A DNA stretch of 63,872 nt, counting the filler, from Stramenopiles sp. TOSAG23-2 (Eukaryota), in assembly GCA_900128395.1 (NCBI GenBank). It is 6 parts of 6 records of this genome, joined end to end, with 100 filler letters (N's around TTAATTAATTAA, not from the genome) between each part and the next. Parts side by side here need not be neighbours in the genome. Positions count along the whole stretch, not along the records: positions 28,584 to 57,063 come from LT649400.1; 5 more parts are not named here. The stretch is one strand, 5' to 3'. The notes beneath the pieces were generated by a model. The model did no database searches. It had not been told where the DNA came from and saw nothing but the letters and a program-made list of their open reading frames with translations. A program made the translations under genes and the position numbers. The first letter of the stretch is position 1. The number at the start of each line of letters is the position of its first letter. Positions 33,118 through 44,750 of the stretch are shown piece by piece.

Positions 33118-35226
33118 CTACGACTTAGTATTTTTCTTCCATTTCATTAACGCATCGTGCATCCGTGTAAAGGTTATATATGTTTCACATGCAGTGCAAA
33201 GAAATTCTAATTTACGTGCACTTTTTGGATCAGATACATCAAATGATTTACGATTTTTATTACGATGAATGGTAATGTCATTATTGCTATCTTCATCATC
33301 ACTTTTTTCCTCATTTGAAGAATAGGAAGCATTTTCATTATTCATTGTTGCATAAAATACATCTAATGTGATTTTAGGTCTTTCACAATATTTTGCTAAA
33401 TCAATAATACTTAACCTTTCCGCAACGGTCTTCGTATTTAAATCTATTTTTTCTTCACCTTTCCAACCTAAGATAAATTTAATTGCTTTTCGATTGCCCA
33501 TTGCAATATTTTCATGCAATATATTCCATCCATCTGGCGTTTTGCTATTTAATGTTGCACCAGATATTAATAGTAAACCAGCTTCAAATTTATCATCCTC
33601 TTTCATCGAACGTAACAATTGCAATTGTGGAGATGGATCAACACTTGGGAGTTTACTAACAGTATCTTTGTATTTATTAAATGCTTTTCCATCTAAATTT
33701 GCAAATATTCTTCTTAATTCAAGCAGTATATTGTTTGCGGATGGCCGTTCTGATGGCAATTGATGCCAACATGATTCCATTAAAATATTATATGCTTCTT
33801 GCATATTGTTGCCCAAGGTATTATCTACACTATTTCTACTCTTGCTGTTGGGTGGGGGGGAGGAAGACATCATATTACTATTCACAAATGGTGAATTTGG
33901 ACGGTTGCTTCCTTTCTTCGTGTCATTCTTATTGTTGATATCATCATTCGTAGTATTGTCTTCAATAATCAGACGACCACCTAGACAAACATATTGCATC
34001 AAATTTTTCATAGATTCCATCGAATCACTTATCATATCATCATATGGTATTCGTCGATTTAATAATTCCCACATTACAATACCAAAAGCATATACATCGA
34101 TACTATGGTTATATTTTCTACCTAGAAAAATTTCAGGAGCAACATATGCAGGACTACCTAAACGAGACGACAATCTTGTATCTGTATGCAATTCTATTGC
34201 ATATCCAAAATCCCCCAATACGGCATGTCCATCTTTACGTATCAATATATTGCTAGGTTTAATATCACGATGAACGATCTTTGGAACTAAATTATGTAAA
34301 TATTCAATGCCTTGCATGACATCCGATAGGACAGTATATATTTCTGCAGATGTGACATTGACATTTTTATTATGCAATAAACGTGTTTCTAAATTCCCAT
34401 TTTCACAAAATTCTGTAACAATCCAATAAAATGGATGGGAAAAAGTCGTGCCAAAATATTGAATAATAGATGGATGTGATAATTTTTGCAAAATACGTAT
34501 TTCTGAAAAGAAAATTTCTTTCTCTGCTTCTCTATCTATCCCAGCATTTATACGAAAAAACCGTTTTAATGCAACTTCTTTATTATTTACTTTGATCTTG
34601 CCATGTAACTCATTTTTCCTTGGATTAGATGCAGATTTATGAATTTTTTGTTGAAATTTCCCATTAAATACCTTCGATACGGATCCTAATGCAATAACAT
34701 TGTTGACTGATATATTTGACCATGGAATATAATATTTATTATTTAATAAAACCCTTTTCAGTTCTCGCGGTGTTCGCAACACATTTCTATTGCTTTTATT
34801 TATATTATTAATTTCAGTATGAATCATTATACTCTTATTATGCTGTTCTTCTAGACTTTCATGCCGCCGTTTCTTTGGCGTTGTTAATGATTCTTGTTGC
34901 TGTTGTTGTTGTTGTTGATAATTGTTTTTATCAGAAATTGAGCCAGTATTGTTATTATTATTATTAGATACGGTAGATAAGGTACCTTCATTATTATTAT
35001 TTACATTTATAGTTATATCGTTTGTTTGTATATTTATGTTTCTTGCTTTCTCATTCGGCTTCTTCATTGCCAATTCATCTTTATTATATAATCCTGTTTT
35101 TGTACTACTACTATTATCTACTAAGGTATTTTTTTGTTGTTGTTTATTGTTAGTATAAATATTACCATTTATACCATCCCCTAAAGGGTCATTATTATTT
35201 ATTAATTTAGTCTGTCGACAACCCAT
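33118..35226 (-). CDS. TKL-like Ser/Thr protein kinase with N-terminal acylation motif and C-terminal ankyrin-like segment
   Basis: VALK, HRDIKPSN, DFG, GSPAYVAPE, DVYAFGIVMWEL, CW...PSERP; starts MGCRQTK (myristoylation/palmitoylation-like). Confidence 0.9.
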   Translation of the reverse strand: MGCRQTKLINNNDPLGDGINGNIYTNNKQQQKNTLVDNSSSTKTGLYNKDELAMKKPNEKARNINIQTNDITINVNNNNEGTLSTVSNNNNNNTGSISDKNNYQQQQQQQQESLTTPKKRRHESLEEQHNKSIMIHTEINNINKSNRNVLRTPRELKRVLLNNKYYIPWSNISVNNVIALGSVSKVFNGKFQQKIHKSASNPRKNELHGKIKVNNKEVALKRFFRINAGIDREAEKEIFFSEIRILQKLSHPSIIQYFGTTFSHPFYWIVTEFCENGNLETRLLHNKNVNVTSAEIYTVLSDVMQGIEYLHNLVPKIVHRDIKPSNILIRKDGHAVLGDFGYAIELHTDTRLSSRLGSPAYVAPEIFLGRKYNHSIDVYAFGIVMWELLNRRIPYDDMISDSMESMKNLMQYVCLGGRLIIEDNTTNDDINNKNDTKKGSNRPNSPFVNSNMMSSSPPPNSKSRNSVDNTLGNNMQEAYNILMESCWHQLPSERPSANNILLELRRIFANLDGKAFNKYKDTVSKLPSVDPSPQLQLLRSMKEDDKFEAGLLLISGATLNSKTPDGWNILHENIAMGNRKAIKFILGWKGEEKIDLNTKTVAERLSIIDLAKYCERPKITLDVFYATMNNENASYSSNEEKSDDEDSNNDITIHRNKNRKSFDVSDPKSARKLEFLCTACETYITFTRMHDALMKWKKNTKS

Positions 35227-36085
35227 ATTTCTTATGATTATATATATATTATTATTATTATATTATTTATATGTATACAATGTGTCTCCCTGAATGTATC
35301 TCTGCCGTCTGGGCATACGCTTCTATAATGATATAAAAGTCGGGATTGAAAATATATGTTCCGGCTATCTATTTAAATATTTATGAACTTACCGTATATC
35401 GTGTATATACTATGATGTCATTTATACGAGGATCCACGTGCAACCTCCTATTATATTGGCTGATCGATGATCGAAGAAGCTCATGGATTTATTGGCAGGT
35501 TGGCAGGCTGGCAGGCCTTAGACTATACTGTAGCGTGGCTATACGCCTCGTATGGTCATAATTAGGCACACCAACACAACAACTTGGCACAATACAGTAG
35601 TAACAGTACCTGGTATAAATTCAATAAATACACCGGATTTGCAAAAATTTATGCATTCCAGGCATTCCCGTGTATGTCAGATCCACAATATGGGAATAGC
35701 ATTATAATACTTGTAACAATAATGCTATGACCCCATACCTTTGTACATTTTTTTCGGCCTCTATAATAAATAATAATAGAATTCGTCTAAAGAATATTCT
35801 TCTAGAATTCTCTTATATATATAGATAGATTTATACCAGATACATGAAATACATTAGAATTGATGATGTAGATATGTATATAGATGCAGTATAAGACTTT
35901 GATAATTACTGGCATATTTTATATATACACAACAAATACATAAATATTTGAAAATTATAAATAAAAAATACACGTAGTAAATACAGAATTATAACTATTA
36001 TTATTATTACACTTTTCCTTTTTTAGTAATAATATATATATAAATAATTATAATACTTTATTCTTTTTTCCCCCGAATATACAAG

Positions 36086-38287
36086 ATGGATATAAATAGT
36101 ACATCAGCAGCAACGTTGCTGGAAAAAGTTGCATTACTAGAGCAAAAAATTGCTAGTATTGAAAATCAGCAAAATAATTATTGGTTATTGTCTAGTGCTT
36201 TTTCAATTTTCTTTATGCAGGCAGGATTTTTATTATTAGAAGCTGGTTCTGTTATGTCTAAAAATGTTAAAAGTATAATGATGAAAAATTTACTTGATAC
36301 GTTTGGTGGTGGATTAGCCTGGTATATATGTGGATTTTACGTATATATGTATTTTGCAGATCAAAATGCACCGCCATTTGCACCGATACCAATTGTAGAA
36401 AAATCACAGAAGGATTTGATTTATAATATGTTTATCCAATCTTTTACGTTTGCGAATTGTGCCAGTACAATAGCAAGTGGTGGAAGCGCTAGTAGGATGA
36501 AATCTATGGGTCATTTAAGTTTGGTATTGTTTTTGACGGCATATGTTTATCCTGTATTTGCCCATTGGTTGTGGGCTACGAATGGTTGGTTGCATCAGTT
36601 GGGTGCAATCGATTTTGCCGGTGGCTCAAGTGTACATATGTTGGGCGGAATTGCTGCTTTGATCGGGGCAATATCTGTCGGTCCGAGACATGGTCGTTTT
36701 ATTAAAACGATACAAGGGACATTGAAAGTTCGAGAAATTAAAGGACATAATGCAGTTCTAATCATGACCGGTACAAGTATTTTATGGTATGGTTGGTTTA
36801 GTTTTAATGGTGGATCCTCGGGATATGATAATAAATACCAAAGTATATTGCGATCGACAGCAAGTTTAAATACATTGATTGGTGGTTGTGCTGGTGGAGT
36901 CACGGTACATATCGTGAATATTATTAAAAATCGTAATCAGAAAATTGATTATAGTGAGGATGATGATAAGCGTCGTCAAGTGTATCAACCATATGAGTTT
37001 AACGATTTGGCACTTGGGATATTGGGTGGTTTAGTCACAGTTACGCCATGTGGGCCATTTATACCTGTATGGGCTGCTATTCTGTCGTCATTCGTGGGAG
37101 TATCCTTTGGTGCATGGGTATCTGAGAAAATGGTACAACTTGGTATTGATGATCCAGTCGATGCATTTGCAACACATGTACCTCCAGCAATTGTTGGTAT
37201 ATTGGCGATTGGATTGTTTGCTACAAAAGAAAGTCTTATACAATATGGCATACCAACGTGTATAGACGAGGCCAATTGTAGCTATGGTGTATTATTAGGT
37301 GGTGGGTGGCAATTGCTAGGTGCACAATGTTTATTGTTACTCATATGCATCGTATGGTCGTCGCAATCATACATTTTCTTAGCAATCTATAAGCGTTTTG
37401 GTAATGATCCGGAAAATCCACCATGTGGTTTTAAAAGTTGTTTGTATCGATTTACAAAACAGGAGGAAAAAGTTGGTTTGGATTTGTCATTTTATGATGG
37501 ATATGCATATCCAGAGATACAAGTACCGGAAGATTTGGTCCTTGCCTCTGGTGTAAAAAATGTAAAGCGTATTATTTTCCCTGGAAGCTTATCAAATAGA
37601 AACAGTAGCAAATTGGAAATGAATGGCGCTAACAATTCGGAAAAGAAAAAAGTAGATTTTAGGGATACTGTGCTTGAATTACCAAGAATTGATTTAACAC
37701 TTGGTGGTAAATATTTCATACGAATAGCAAATTCTGGTGATGTGGAGAAAATTTTTGAGATAGTCAACGCGTCATATGAAGTTGAAAAAGATGAAAATTC
37801 TGAATTTAAATTCAAATCCATGGACTATTTTCAACATACCGATGAAGTCAAAAACATCATTAAAAATAATAATGGTTCAACGTTAATCATTGCAATCGAC
37901 ACAGATACTTTGAAGATTGTTGGTTGTATTGGTTTAACAAAGGAACTTGTTGCTACTAATAATAAGAAGAAGAAAAAGAAAAGTGATAAAAATGCTATGG
38001 TTGTAAAAATTAGTCCATTTGCTACTAGTGTTCAGGAACAAAACAAAGGTATTGGAAAGAAGCTAATTGAATATGCCATTACATTTTGTAGAAAGGATGA
38101 AATATCAATTTTAAAGGCATGGGTCATTAATTGGAGAACCGATCTTTTTGAAATATATAAAAAATTAGGTTTTGTTGCGACCAAGACAACTAAAAAATAT
38201 ATAGCAAAAACTGATGATGATAAAATAAAAGAAGGCACATATTTACAATTATTTCAATTAAATATTCCTGCTGCAGATAGTACGTAA
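36086..38287 (+). CDS. ammonium transporter (Amt1-like) fused to a C-terminal GNAT acetyltransferase domain
   Basis: FFMQAGFLLLEAG, YPVFAHWLW, DFAGGSSVH, LWYGWFSFNGGS, IDDPVDAFATH, E.VGLD; then IRIANSGDVEKI..IVGCIG..ISPFATSVQEQNKGIGKKLIEYA..LFEIYKKLGF (GNAT). Confidence 0.92.
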   Translation: MDINSTSAATLLEKVALLEQKIASIENQQNNYWLLSSAFSIFFMQAGFLLLEAGSVMSKNVKSIMMKNLLDTFGGGLAWYICGFYVYMYFADQNAPPFAPIPIVEKSQKDLIYNMFIQSFTFANCASTIASGGSASRMKSMGHLSLVLFLTAYVYPVFAHWLWATNGWLHQLGAIDFAGGSSVHMLGGIAALIGAISVGPRHGRFIKTIQGTLKVREIKGHNAVLIMTGTSILWYGWFSFNGGSSGYDNKYQSILRSTASLNTLIGGCAGGVTVHIVNIIKNRNQKIDYSEDDDKRRQVYQPYEFNDLALGILGGLVTVTPCGPFIPVWAAILSSFVGVSFGAWVSEKMVQLGIDDPVDAFATHVPPAIVGILAIGLFATKESLIQYGIPTCIDEANCSYGVLLGGGWQLLGAQCLLLLICIVWSSQSYIFLAIYKRFGNDPENPPCGFKSCLYRFTKQEEKVGLDLSFYDGYAYPEIQVPEDLVLASGVKNVKRIIFPGSLSNRNSSKLEMNGANNSEKKKVDFRDTVLELPRIDLTLGGKYFIRIANSGDVEKIFEIVNASYEVEKDENSEFKFKSMDYFQHTDEVKNIIKNNNGSTLIIAIDTDTLKIVGCIGLTKELVATNNKKKKKKSDKNAMVVKISPFATSVQEQNKGIGKKLIEYAITFCRKDEISILKAWVINWRTDLFEIYKKLGFVATKTTKKYIAKTDDDKIKEGTYLQLFQLNIPAADST

Positions 38288-38514
38288 GGAAAAAAAATAC
38301 GTAACGAATCAAAGTGTGCGTGAAATTGAGGCACAATGCTGATAAATATAACGAAGTACGTCATACGCTTGTACTATCTTTTTTATTTTTTACGCGTATT
38401 ATATATAAGGTTTTTAATTTCTACGCGTACAAACTATGATAATTCCTACGAACGTATGCATATTCTCTCTCAAAAGAATACAGTAGTGACCCTGTCGTAA
38501 ATCATACGTCGTAT

Positions 38515-40314
38515 TTATAATGAAATAGAATCAATTCGTCGTAGTAAATCACCTTCGAAAATTTGGATTCGATTTCTTAATTCAACAATATCTTCTTTGA
38601 CTTTCTCTCTTCCGGAGCCTCTAGCTTTCAATTTTAAATCTGCCATTTCTATCTTAAAGCCATCGATTTCTTCAATTAATGCGTTTTTTTCATCTTTTGA
38701 AAACCTATTTTTATTATCGTTTACCATATCTTTAAGTATATCAAAGGCATTGCTATTACTATGATGACCTTGTTTTTCATTAATTCTTTGCACGCGTTTA
38801 CTAGGAGTGTCATCTTTAAGCCGATCTCGTTGAATTCTATCTGCATCAATAATTTCTCTATTATCATTAAAATAGGACAGATCGTCATTTAAATCGTCGA
38901 TTAATTTATTTCGTGTAGATAATCTTGTAAACTCTTGGCGATATTTTCGTTTAATTTCTCTATATTCTTTTCGTAATTCTCGAATTTCATCTTTTGACAA
39001 TTGACTAGTAGTACTTCCATCATCTTCTGAAACATCGCCACGAATTTGATTGGTAATTTCCGTCATTCTATTTAAATATTCTATCGCTTCAGCTGAATCT
39101 TTTGAATTATGGTTTATTTCATAAACTTTACGTGGCTTTTTTTCAACATTTTCTTCTTCCATTTCATCATCACGTCGTTTCTGTGCTTTTTTTAATTTAT
39201 TTTTAGCTTCGTTCTTCTTGCCTTTTTCTTCATTTGCTTTATTTTGTTTCTCTACCTTTTTATTTAGTTCTTCATTTTTTTTCTCTAATGAATCTTGTTC
39301 TTGCTGCTTTTCTTGTTGCTCTTTTAATATTATATGTTCTTTTTCCTTGGTTTGCTCCTCCTCTTTTGCCGCCTCTGCTGCTGCTTTTTCTTGTTCATGT
39401 TCATACAATTTTGTTCGTTCTTCTGATTGTTTTTCCGCTTCTTCTTGTTGTTTTAACAATTTTCGTTCTTTTTCTTTACTTTCCTCTTCTTCTTTTGTTA
39501 TTTTTTCTTGCTTTTGCTTTTCCTTTAATTTTCTTTTTTCTTCTTCTTCTTCTTCTGCTTCTAATTGTATTTTTCTCTCCTTTTTTTTCTTTTCAGCTTC
39601 TTGTTGTTGCAATACTACTCGGGTTTTTTCCTTTGTATTTTCCTCTTCTTTCGCAGCAGTTGTCGCTGCAGCTTCCTTTCGTTTTTTTATTTCTTTTCGT
39701 TGTTGTTCCATTTTATCTTTTTGTTCCATTTGTTTTTCTAATACTTGTTGCTGTTTCAACTTACGTTTTTTTGTCTTTGTTTGGTCTTCTTCTGCTGCTA
39801 CAGCTTTTTTGACGCGTAGCCTTTCTTTTTCTTGCTCTTCAAATTTTTCTTTTTTTACATTCTGTTCATCTATTTCTTGTTGTGCTTTTAATACTGCTTC
39901 ATTTGCCAAACGTTCCAATTCGACACGTTCTTTTTCAATCCTATTTTTTTCGGCTTCTTCCTTGGTTTTCTTTTCATTTTCCTCTATTACAACTTGTTTT
40001 TCTTGCTCTTCCTTAGCCTGTTCTAACGCTTCTGCTTCTTCATTTAATTGTAATACCCATACGTCTTTTCCTTCTTGCTGGACCCATTCTAAATCTTTTG
40101 GCGGGTTGAATGGTGGCTTAGATAACCTACTTTCATCAGATGCTATACCCCTTTGCATATACCATTGGTCAATAAAGATATTCAATTCAATATCTTTATT
40201 ATTTGCATTGACTTGAAGTATTAATAATATATAGAAGAAGGAAAGTAATAATCTAAAAATAATAATATTCTGCATCATCATACATAAAAGACAAACGGGG
40301 TAGTTTATATACAA
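38515..40314 (-). CDS. hypothetical protein with signal peptide or TM anchor and long charged coiled coil
   Basis: hydrophobic N-terminus (IIIFRLLLSFFYILLILQVNA), E/K/Q-rich coil; first ATG at about 40281. Confidence 0.7.
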   Translation of the reverse strand: MYINYPVCLLCMMMQNIIIFRLLLSFFYILLILQVNANNKDIELNIFIDQWYMQRGIASDESRLSKPPFNPPKDLEWVQQEGKDVWVLQLNEEAEALEQAKEEQEKQVVIEENEKKTKEEAEKNRIEKERVELERLANEAVLKAQQEIDEQNVKKEKFEEQEKERLRVKKAVAAEEDQTKTKKRKLKQQQVLEKQMEQKDKMEQQRKEIKKRKEAAATTAAKEEENTKEKTRVVLQQQEAEKKKKERKIQLEAEEEEEEKRKLKEKQKQEKITKEEEESKEKERKLLKQQEEAEKQSEERTKLYEHEQEKAAAEAAKEEEQTKEKEHIILKEQQEKQQEQDSLEKKNEELNKKVEKQNKANEEKGKKNEAKNKLKKAQKRRDDEMEEENVEKKPRKVYEINHNSKDSAEAIEYLNRMTEITNQIRGDVSEDDGSTTSQLSKDEIRELRKEYREIKRKYRQEFTRLSTRNKLIDDLNDDLSYFNDNREIIDADRIQRDRLKDDTPSKRVQRINEKQGHHSNSNAFDILKDMVNDNKNRFSKDEKNALIEEIDGFKIEMADLKLKARGSGREKVKEDIVELRNRIQIFEGDLLRRIDSISL

Positions 40315-40353
40315 AAATAAGGCTATATTGTGTACATATATTTATACATTGGC

Positions 40354-40386
<33 letters not shown>

Positions 40387-41197
40387 AGAAGAAGAAAGTG
40401 TATTTAAAATCGAATATTTTAAGTCGTCCATTCTGGCATTGTTGTCTTTGGCACTTTGGTCTTTGGTCTCTTCTTCTTCTTCAGTCTCGTCTAAAAACCA
40501 GATCGTGATATTTTCCCTATATTCCAATTATTTTAAATCTTAATATGAAGTCAGATATTTTAATTTGTAGAAAAAAACCATTTATATTATGAATTTATAT
40601 AGTAGCTTACTATTTATTATTTTAATTAAAATGTAAATAATCGGCTATTTTCTACTCATTCGAAGAATACGCAGGCATAGGGCTAACATGTGAGAACTAG
40701 CAAAATAGCGATATTTGATTATTCTAATATCCACTATTAAGTTGTAGTTGTTATAATAGTATTTGAAAACTTCAAACAGATGTTCCACAGCAACATGGAC
40801 CACCCGTATGTACCTGCTAAAAACCTCAACTCACAAAGTAAAAGAAGATGACGAAAATAAAAAAAAAGAAGGAATTCTTATTCTGGAATTATTATTACGT
40901 AGGTGTGTGGTGGCATATTATTACTGTAATAATAATATACGGTAGAGTACCAAGTATAATAATAATGAATAAAACATCCCTTCTTTATCAGACGACAATA
41001 TAAACATATTATATACAAGTTTATTACACATCATACATGTACATACAGGTTACAGTAAACGAGCATAAACGTCAATAAACCAATTTATATTCTTATATTT
41101 ATCAATTTATTAGAATATAAATATATACATATAAGTGATTCTTGTTGATATAGATATATCATATAATACATATTTGTTAGGATATATATTTAAAAGG

Positions 41198-43384
41198 ATG
41201 GGGGAGCGTATTATACATGAGGAACGAGCACCCTCGTTATTCGAAGGTGAAGAAAATGATAATATTTTTACTGGTACTGTATTGGAACAACTATACGTCC
41301 CAGGTCTTGTATATAATAACCGTCGCAACAACATTAACGTTGTTAGTGAACCGCCATCGAATAAAGATAACTCTAAGGCAGCGGCATTGCAATTTGTGAA
41401 GCAGCAATTGCTTCTAAACGGGGACGAAAGCAATAATTCTACAGTAAATAATCTTGATACTTTTACCTTTGATGGTATAGGGGAACAAAACCCTTGTGGA
41501 GAAGAAGAAGCAACTTATAACGATGATTCATTGATGTGGATGGAAGACATGGACACTAGTAGCAGCGACGAAAGTGCTACATTAAGCCCATTCTTAAGTT
41601 CGAATGCATCAAGTATGCTGACCGGTGCATCCCTTTTTGATTTCGCTGTTGATCGGGATCTTGTCCCAAATAGTAAGTCATCAGTTGCAAATAATACTAG
41701 TAATAGTAACAATAACAAATTGCCTTCGACATTTACGGATGAAGAAAATAATATAATCAATGATGGTGTTGATAATGAGTGGAGTTGGGAAGATATTGCA
41801 AGTAAATGCAATAATAAAACTGCTAAACAATGCTCACAACAATGGCGTAAAATAGTAAAAACAGTAAGTGTACACGAAGTACCATGGACGAAGGAAGAAG
41901 ACGGAATTATACGTAAAGGTGTTGAGGAAGGAATGTCCTGGCAAAATATAGCTAAATTAACAAAGCGACGTTTATCTCGACAATGTTCACAACGATGGCG
42001 TAAAGTATTGGATCCAAGTATTAAACGTTTTGTGAAATGGAGTAAAGAGGAAGATTTGAAATTGATGGAATTGCATAGAAATTATCCAACGATGACAAAT
42101 AAGGAGATGTCATCACATTTACCTGGACGCACATCAACACAATGCCATAATCGTTGGGTTGAAGTATTAAACCCAGATTTACGTCGTGGTGTATTTAGTG
42201 AAGAGGAAGATTTACGTATTTTGGAATTACGTAAAGCAGGTCAAGGTTGGAGTGCAATGGCGAAAGATTCCATTTTGATCGGTCGTGCAAATGTAGCATT
42301 AAAAACGCGTTGGCGAATATTGGATAGGCGAATAAAAAAACAGACTTCAGAAATCGATAATAATGCCAGAACAAACGCAAAAATTAGGAGAACATTGACG
42401 GGAAAACGGAAGAAGGAAAAAGATGATGTAATAGTACATCAAAATAATGTAATAATAAATGCTGCTTTACTCAATAATCAGGAGGAAGAAAAAATAGGTG
42501 AAGAATTCTTTATAGACGAAGGACGTGCTTTAGCAACGTTAGCACAGCATATAATTGAAAGCACAATTGGAAATAATGTATTCGGAGGACAAATATCAAC
42601 TCCTTTGATTCCAGCAGCAATTGCTACCACCACCACCACTACTAGAACAACAGTAGAAAAGCAAAAAAAGAGAAGAAAGAATAACAATAACAATAACAAA
42701 TTGCCTTCGACATTTACGGATGAAGAAAATAATATAATCAATGATGGTGTTGATAATGAGTGGAGTTGGGAAGATATTGCAAGTAAATGCAATAATAAAA
42801 CTGCTAAACAATGCTCACAACAATGGCGTAAAATAGTAAAAACAGTAAGTGTACACGAAGTACCATGGACGAAGGAAGAAGACGGAATTATACGTAAAGG
42901 TGTTGAGGAAGGAATGTCCTGGCAAAATATAGCTAAATTAACAAAGCGACGTTTATCTCGACAATGTTCACAACGATGGCGTAAAGTATTGGATCCAAGT
43001 ATTAAACGTTTTGTGAAATGGAGTAAAGAGGAAGATTTGAAATTGATGGAATTGCATAGAAATTATCCAACGATGACAAATAAGGAGATGTCATCACATT
43101 TACCTGGACGCACATCAACACAATGCCATAATCGTTGGGTTGAAGTATTAAACCCAGATTTACGTCGTGGTGTATTTAGTGAAGAGGAAGATTTACGTAT
43201 TTTGGAATTACGTAAAGCAGGTCAAGGTTGGAGTGCAATGGCGAAAGATTCCATTTTGATCGGTCGTGCAAATGTAGCATTAAAAAATCGTTGGCATACA
43301 TTGACAAAACGTAACAAAAATGCTCAAAAGCGAAAGGTAAAGCAGGTCAAGGTTGGAGTGCAATGGCGAAAGATTCCATTTTGA
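41198..43384 (+). CDS. multi-repeat Myb/SANT transcription factor (two identical blocks of four repeats)
   Basis: FTDEEN..W..IA..C.QQW, WTKEED..W.NIA..QC.QRW..VLDP, WSKEED..PGRT..QCHNRW, FSEEED..W..MA..GR..LK.RW; first ATG at 41198; true end probably KVKNCA* at 43479. Confidence 0.9.
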   Translation: MGERIIHEERAPSLFEGEENDNIFTGTVLEQLYVPGLVYNNRRNNINVVSEPPSNKDNSKAAALQFVKQQLLLNGDESNNSTVNNLDTFTFDGIGEQNPCGEEEATYNDDSLMWMEDMDTSSSDESATLSPFLSSNASSMLTGASLFDFAVDRDLVPNSKSSVANNTSNSNNNKLPSTFTDEENNIINDGVDNEWSWEDIASKCNNKTAKQCSQQWRKIVKTVSVHEVPWTKEEDGIIRKGVEEGMSWQNIAKLTKRRLSRQCSQRWRKVLDPSIKRFVKWSKEEDLKLMELHRNYPTMTNKEMSSHLPGRTSTQCHNRWVEVLNPDLRRGVFSEEEDLRILELRKAGQGWSAMAKDSILIGRANVALKTRWRILDRRIKKQTSEIDNNARTNAKIRRTLTGKRKKEKDDVIVHQNNVIINAALLNNQEEEKIGEEFFIDEGRALATLAQHIIESTIGNNVFGGQISTPLIPAAIATTTTTTRTTVEKQKKRRKNNNNNNKLPSTFTDEENNIINDGVDNEWSWEDIASKCNNKTAKQCSQQWRKIVKTVSVHEVPWTKEEDGIIRKGVEEGMSWQNIAKLTKRRLSRQCSQRWRKVLDPSIKRFVKWSKEEDLKLMELHRNYPTMTNKEMSSHLPGRTSTQCHNRWVEVLNPDLRRGVFSEEEDLRILELRKAGQGWSAMAKDSILIGRANVALKNRWHTLTKRNKNAQKRKVKQVKVGVQWRKIPF
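41707..43286. repeat. ~600-bp exact internal direct repeat in the Myb gene (about 41707-42305 and 42688-43286)
   Basis: identical DNA at 981-bp offset, separated by unique in-frame sequence. Confidence 0.9.
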
Positions 43385-44750
43385 TCGGTCGTGCAAATGT
43401 AGCATTAAAAAATCGTTGGCATACATTGACAAAACGTAACAAAAATGCTCAAAAGCGAAAGGTAAAGAATTGTGCCTGAAGTGAACAATCCTGTCTGAGG
43501 TTCTTGGTGAAACGAAGTGTATGTATTATGATAATTAATTAATATAATACCTAAAATTTTGTTTTGATTTCTAATTATATATTATGTGTATTTTAATTTG
43601 TTGGCTTTTTGTTAAGCTGGTACGCTATTTTTAGCCTAGCCAGCTATAGCTCTAGCCACTAGCCGGGCTAGCAACGTGCCCTACGCACCTACCAGGTGGT
43701 AGTTAGCTGTATAAAAATTTAAATTTTTCCCTATCCCTCATACTTCAAATTAAATATTGCTGAGTAACTAGGTATAGCTACTAGGTACAATGCTATAAAA
43801 TTACTGATGTAATTAGTGGTTCTATAGAATCCACAGAATCCGAGATACAGGTGCCTGCCTGCCCAGCCTGCCTGCCCGGCCTGTGTGTGTGGTGGTGTGG
43901 TTACAAAGTTACAAGTGCAAAATTTAGTGTGTAGGTTTTTAACAATATTTAACTATTATATCTATATCGATATTCTTAGTAGTTCTACTTTCCATGTTCA
44001 AGTCAATGCTATTTCCACGTAACACAATTCATGTTTTGTACACACGGTACGCGACACACGTTGCCGGTAAATTTCACTTTACTTGTTACTTGTTAGTATA
44101 CTAAAAACAAGGATTTTAAAAACTAAAAAAACAAAAAATAAATAATACAACTAAAGAAGAGGGATAATTAACACAACTATAGATAATATACAGTATACAT
44201 ATTACAAATGGTAGATATAATAACTTGTAACAATTACATACAAATAAGAAAAAGTCATTTTCGGGGTCTACTGCGTTTCGAACTATAACAGAGATCACGG
44301 AAGAGGAAGTATATATATATATATAAATATTACTACTGTTATATATATACATTCTTCTGTAGGAATTAGGTAGTAAATACCTTCCCTTTCTGGAAAAAAG
44401 AAGCTGGGGAAAAAGAAAAAAAACAAAACAATATATATACTACTATCTCAGCAGTAATTGATACACAAACAAGTGGTGTATACGAGTAGTTGCCTGGCGT
44501 ATTTGTATAAATATTGACTTAATAAACAGTATCCTGTGTCTATCGTCTCTTGTACAAAACGATACATAGTTGAAAGTCAATATTTTACATTTACCGTCGT
44601 ATAGAGGTAAACAACTAATTTTCCAAGTACAACTATATAATATAATATAATATAATATAGTATATCAATATTATATATATACGTAGTGGTACTTAAATTT
44701 TCCAAACAAAATAGAAAACCATATTACTAGAAAATATAATAGTAATAATC

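Noticed and set aside
39218-40216. 332-aa Ser/Phe/Cys-rich ORF and similar antisense ORFs (for example 20416..21303, 23531..24115, 12204..12773)
   Set aside because: Shadow ORFs opposite real genes, produced by codon bias and low-complexity coding
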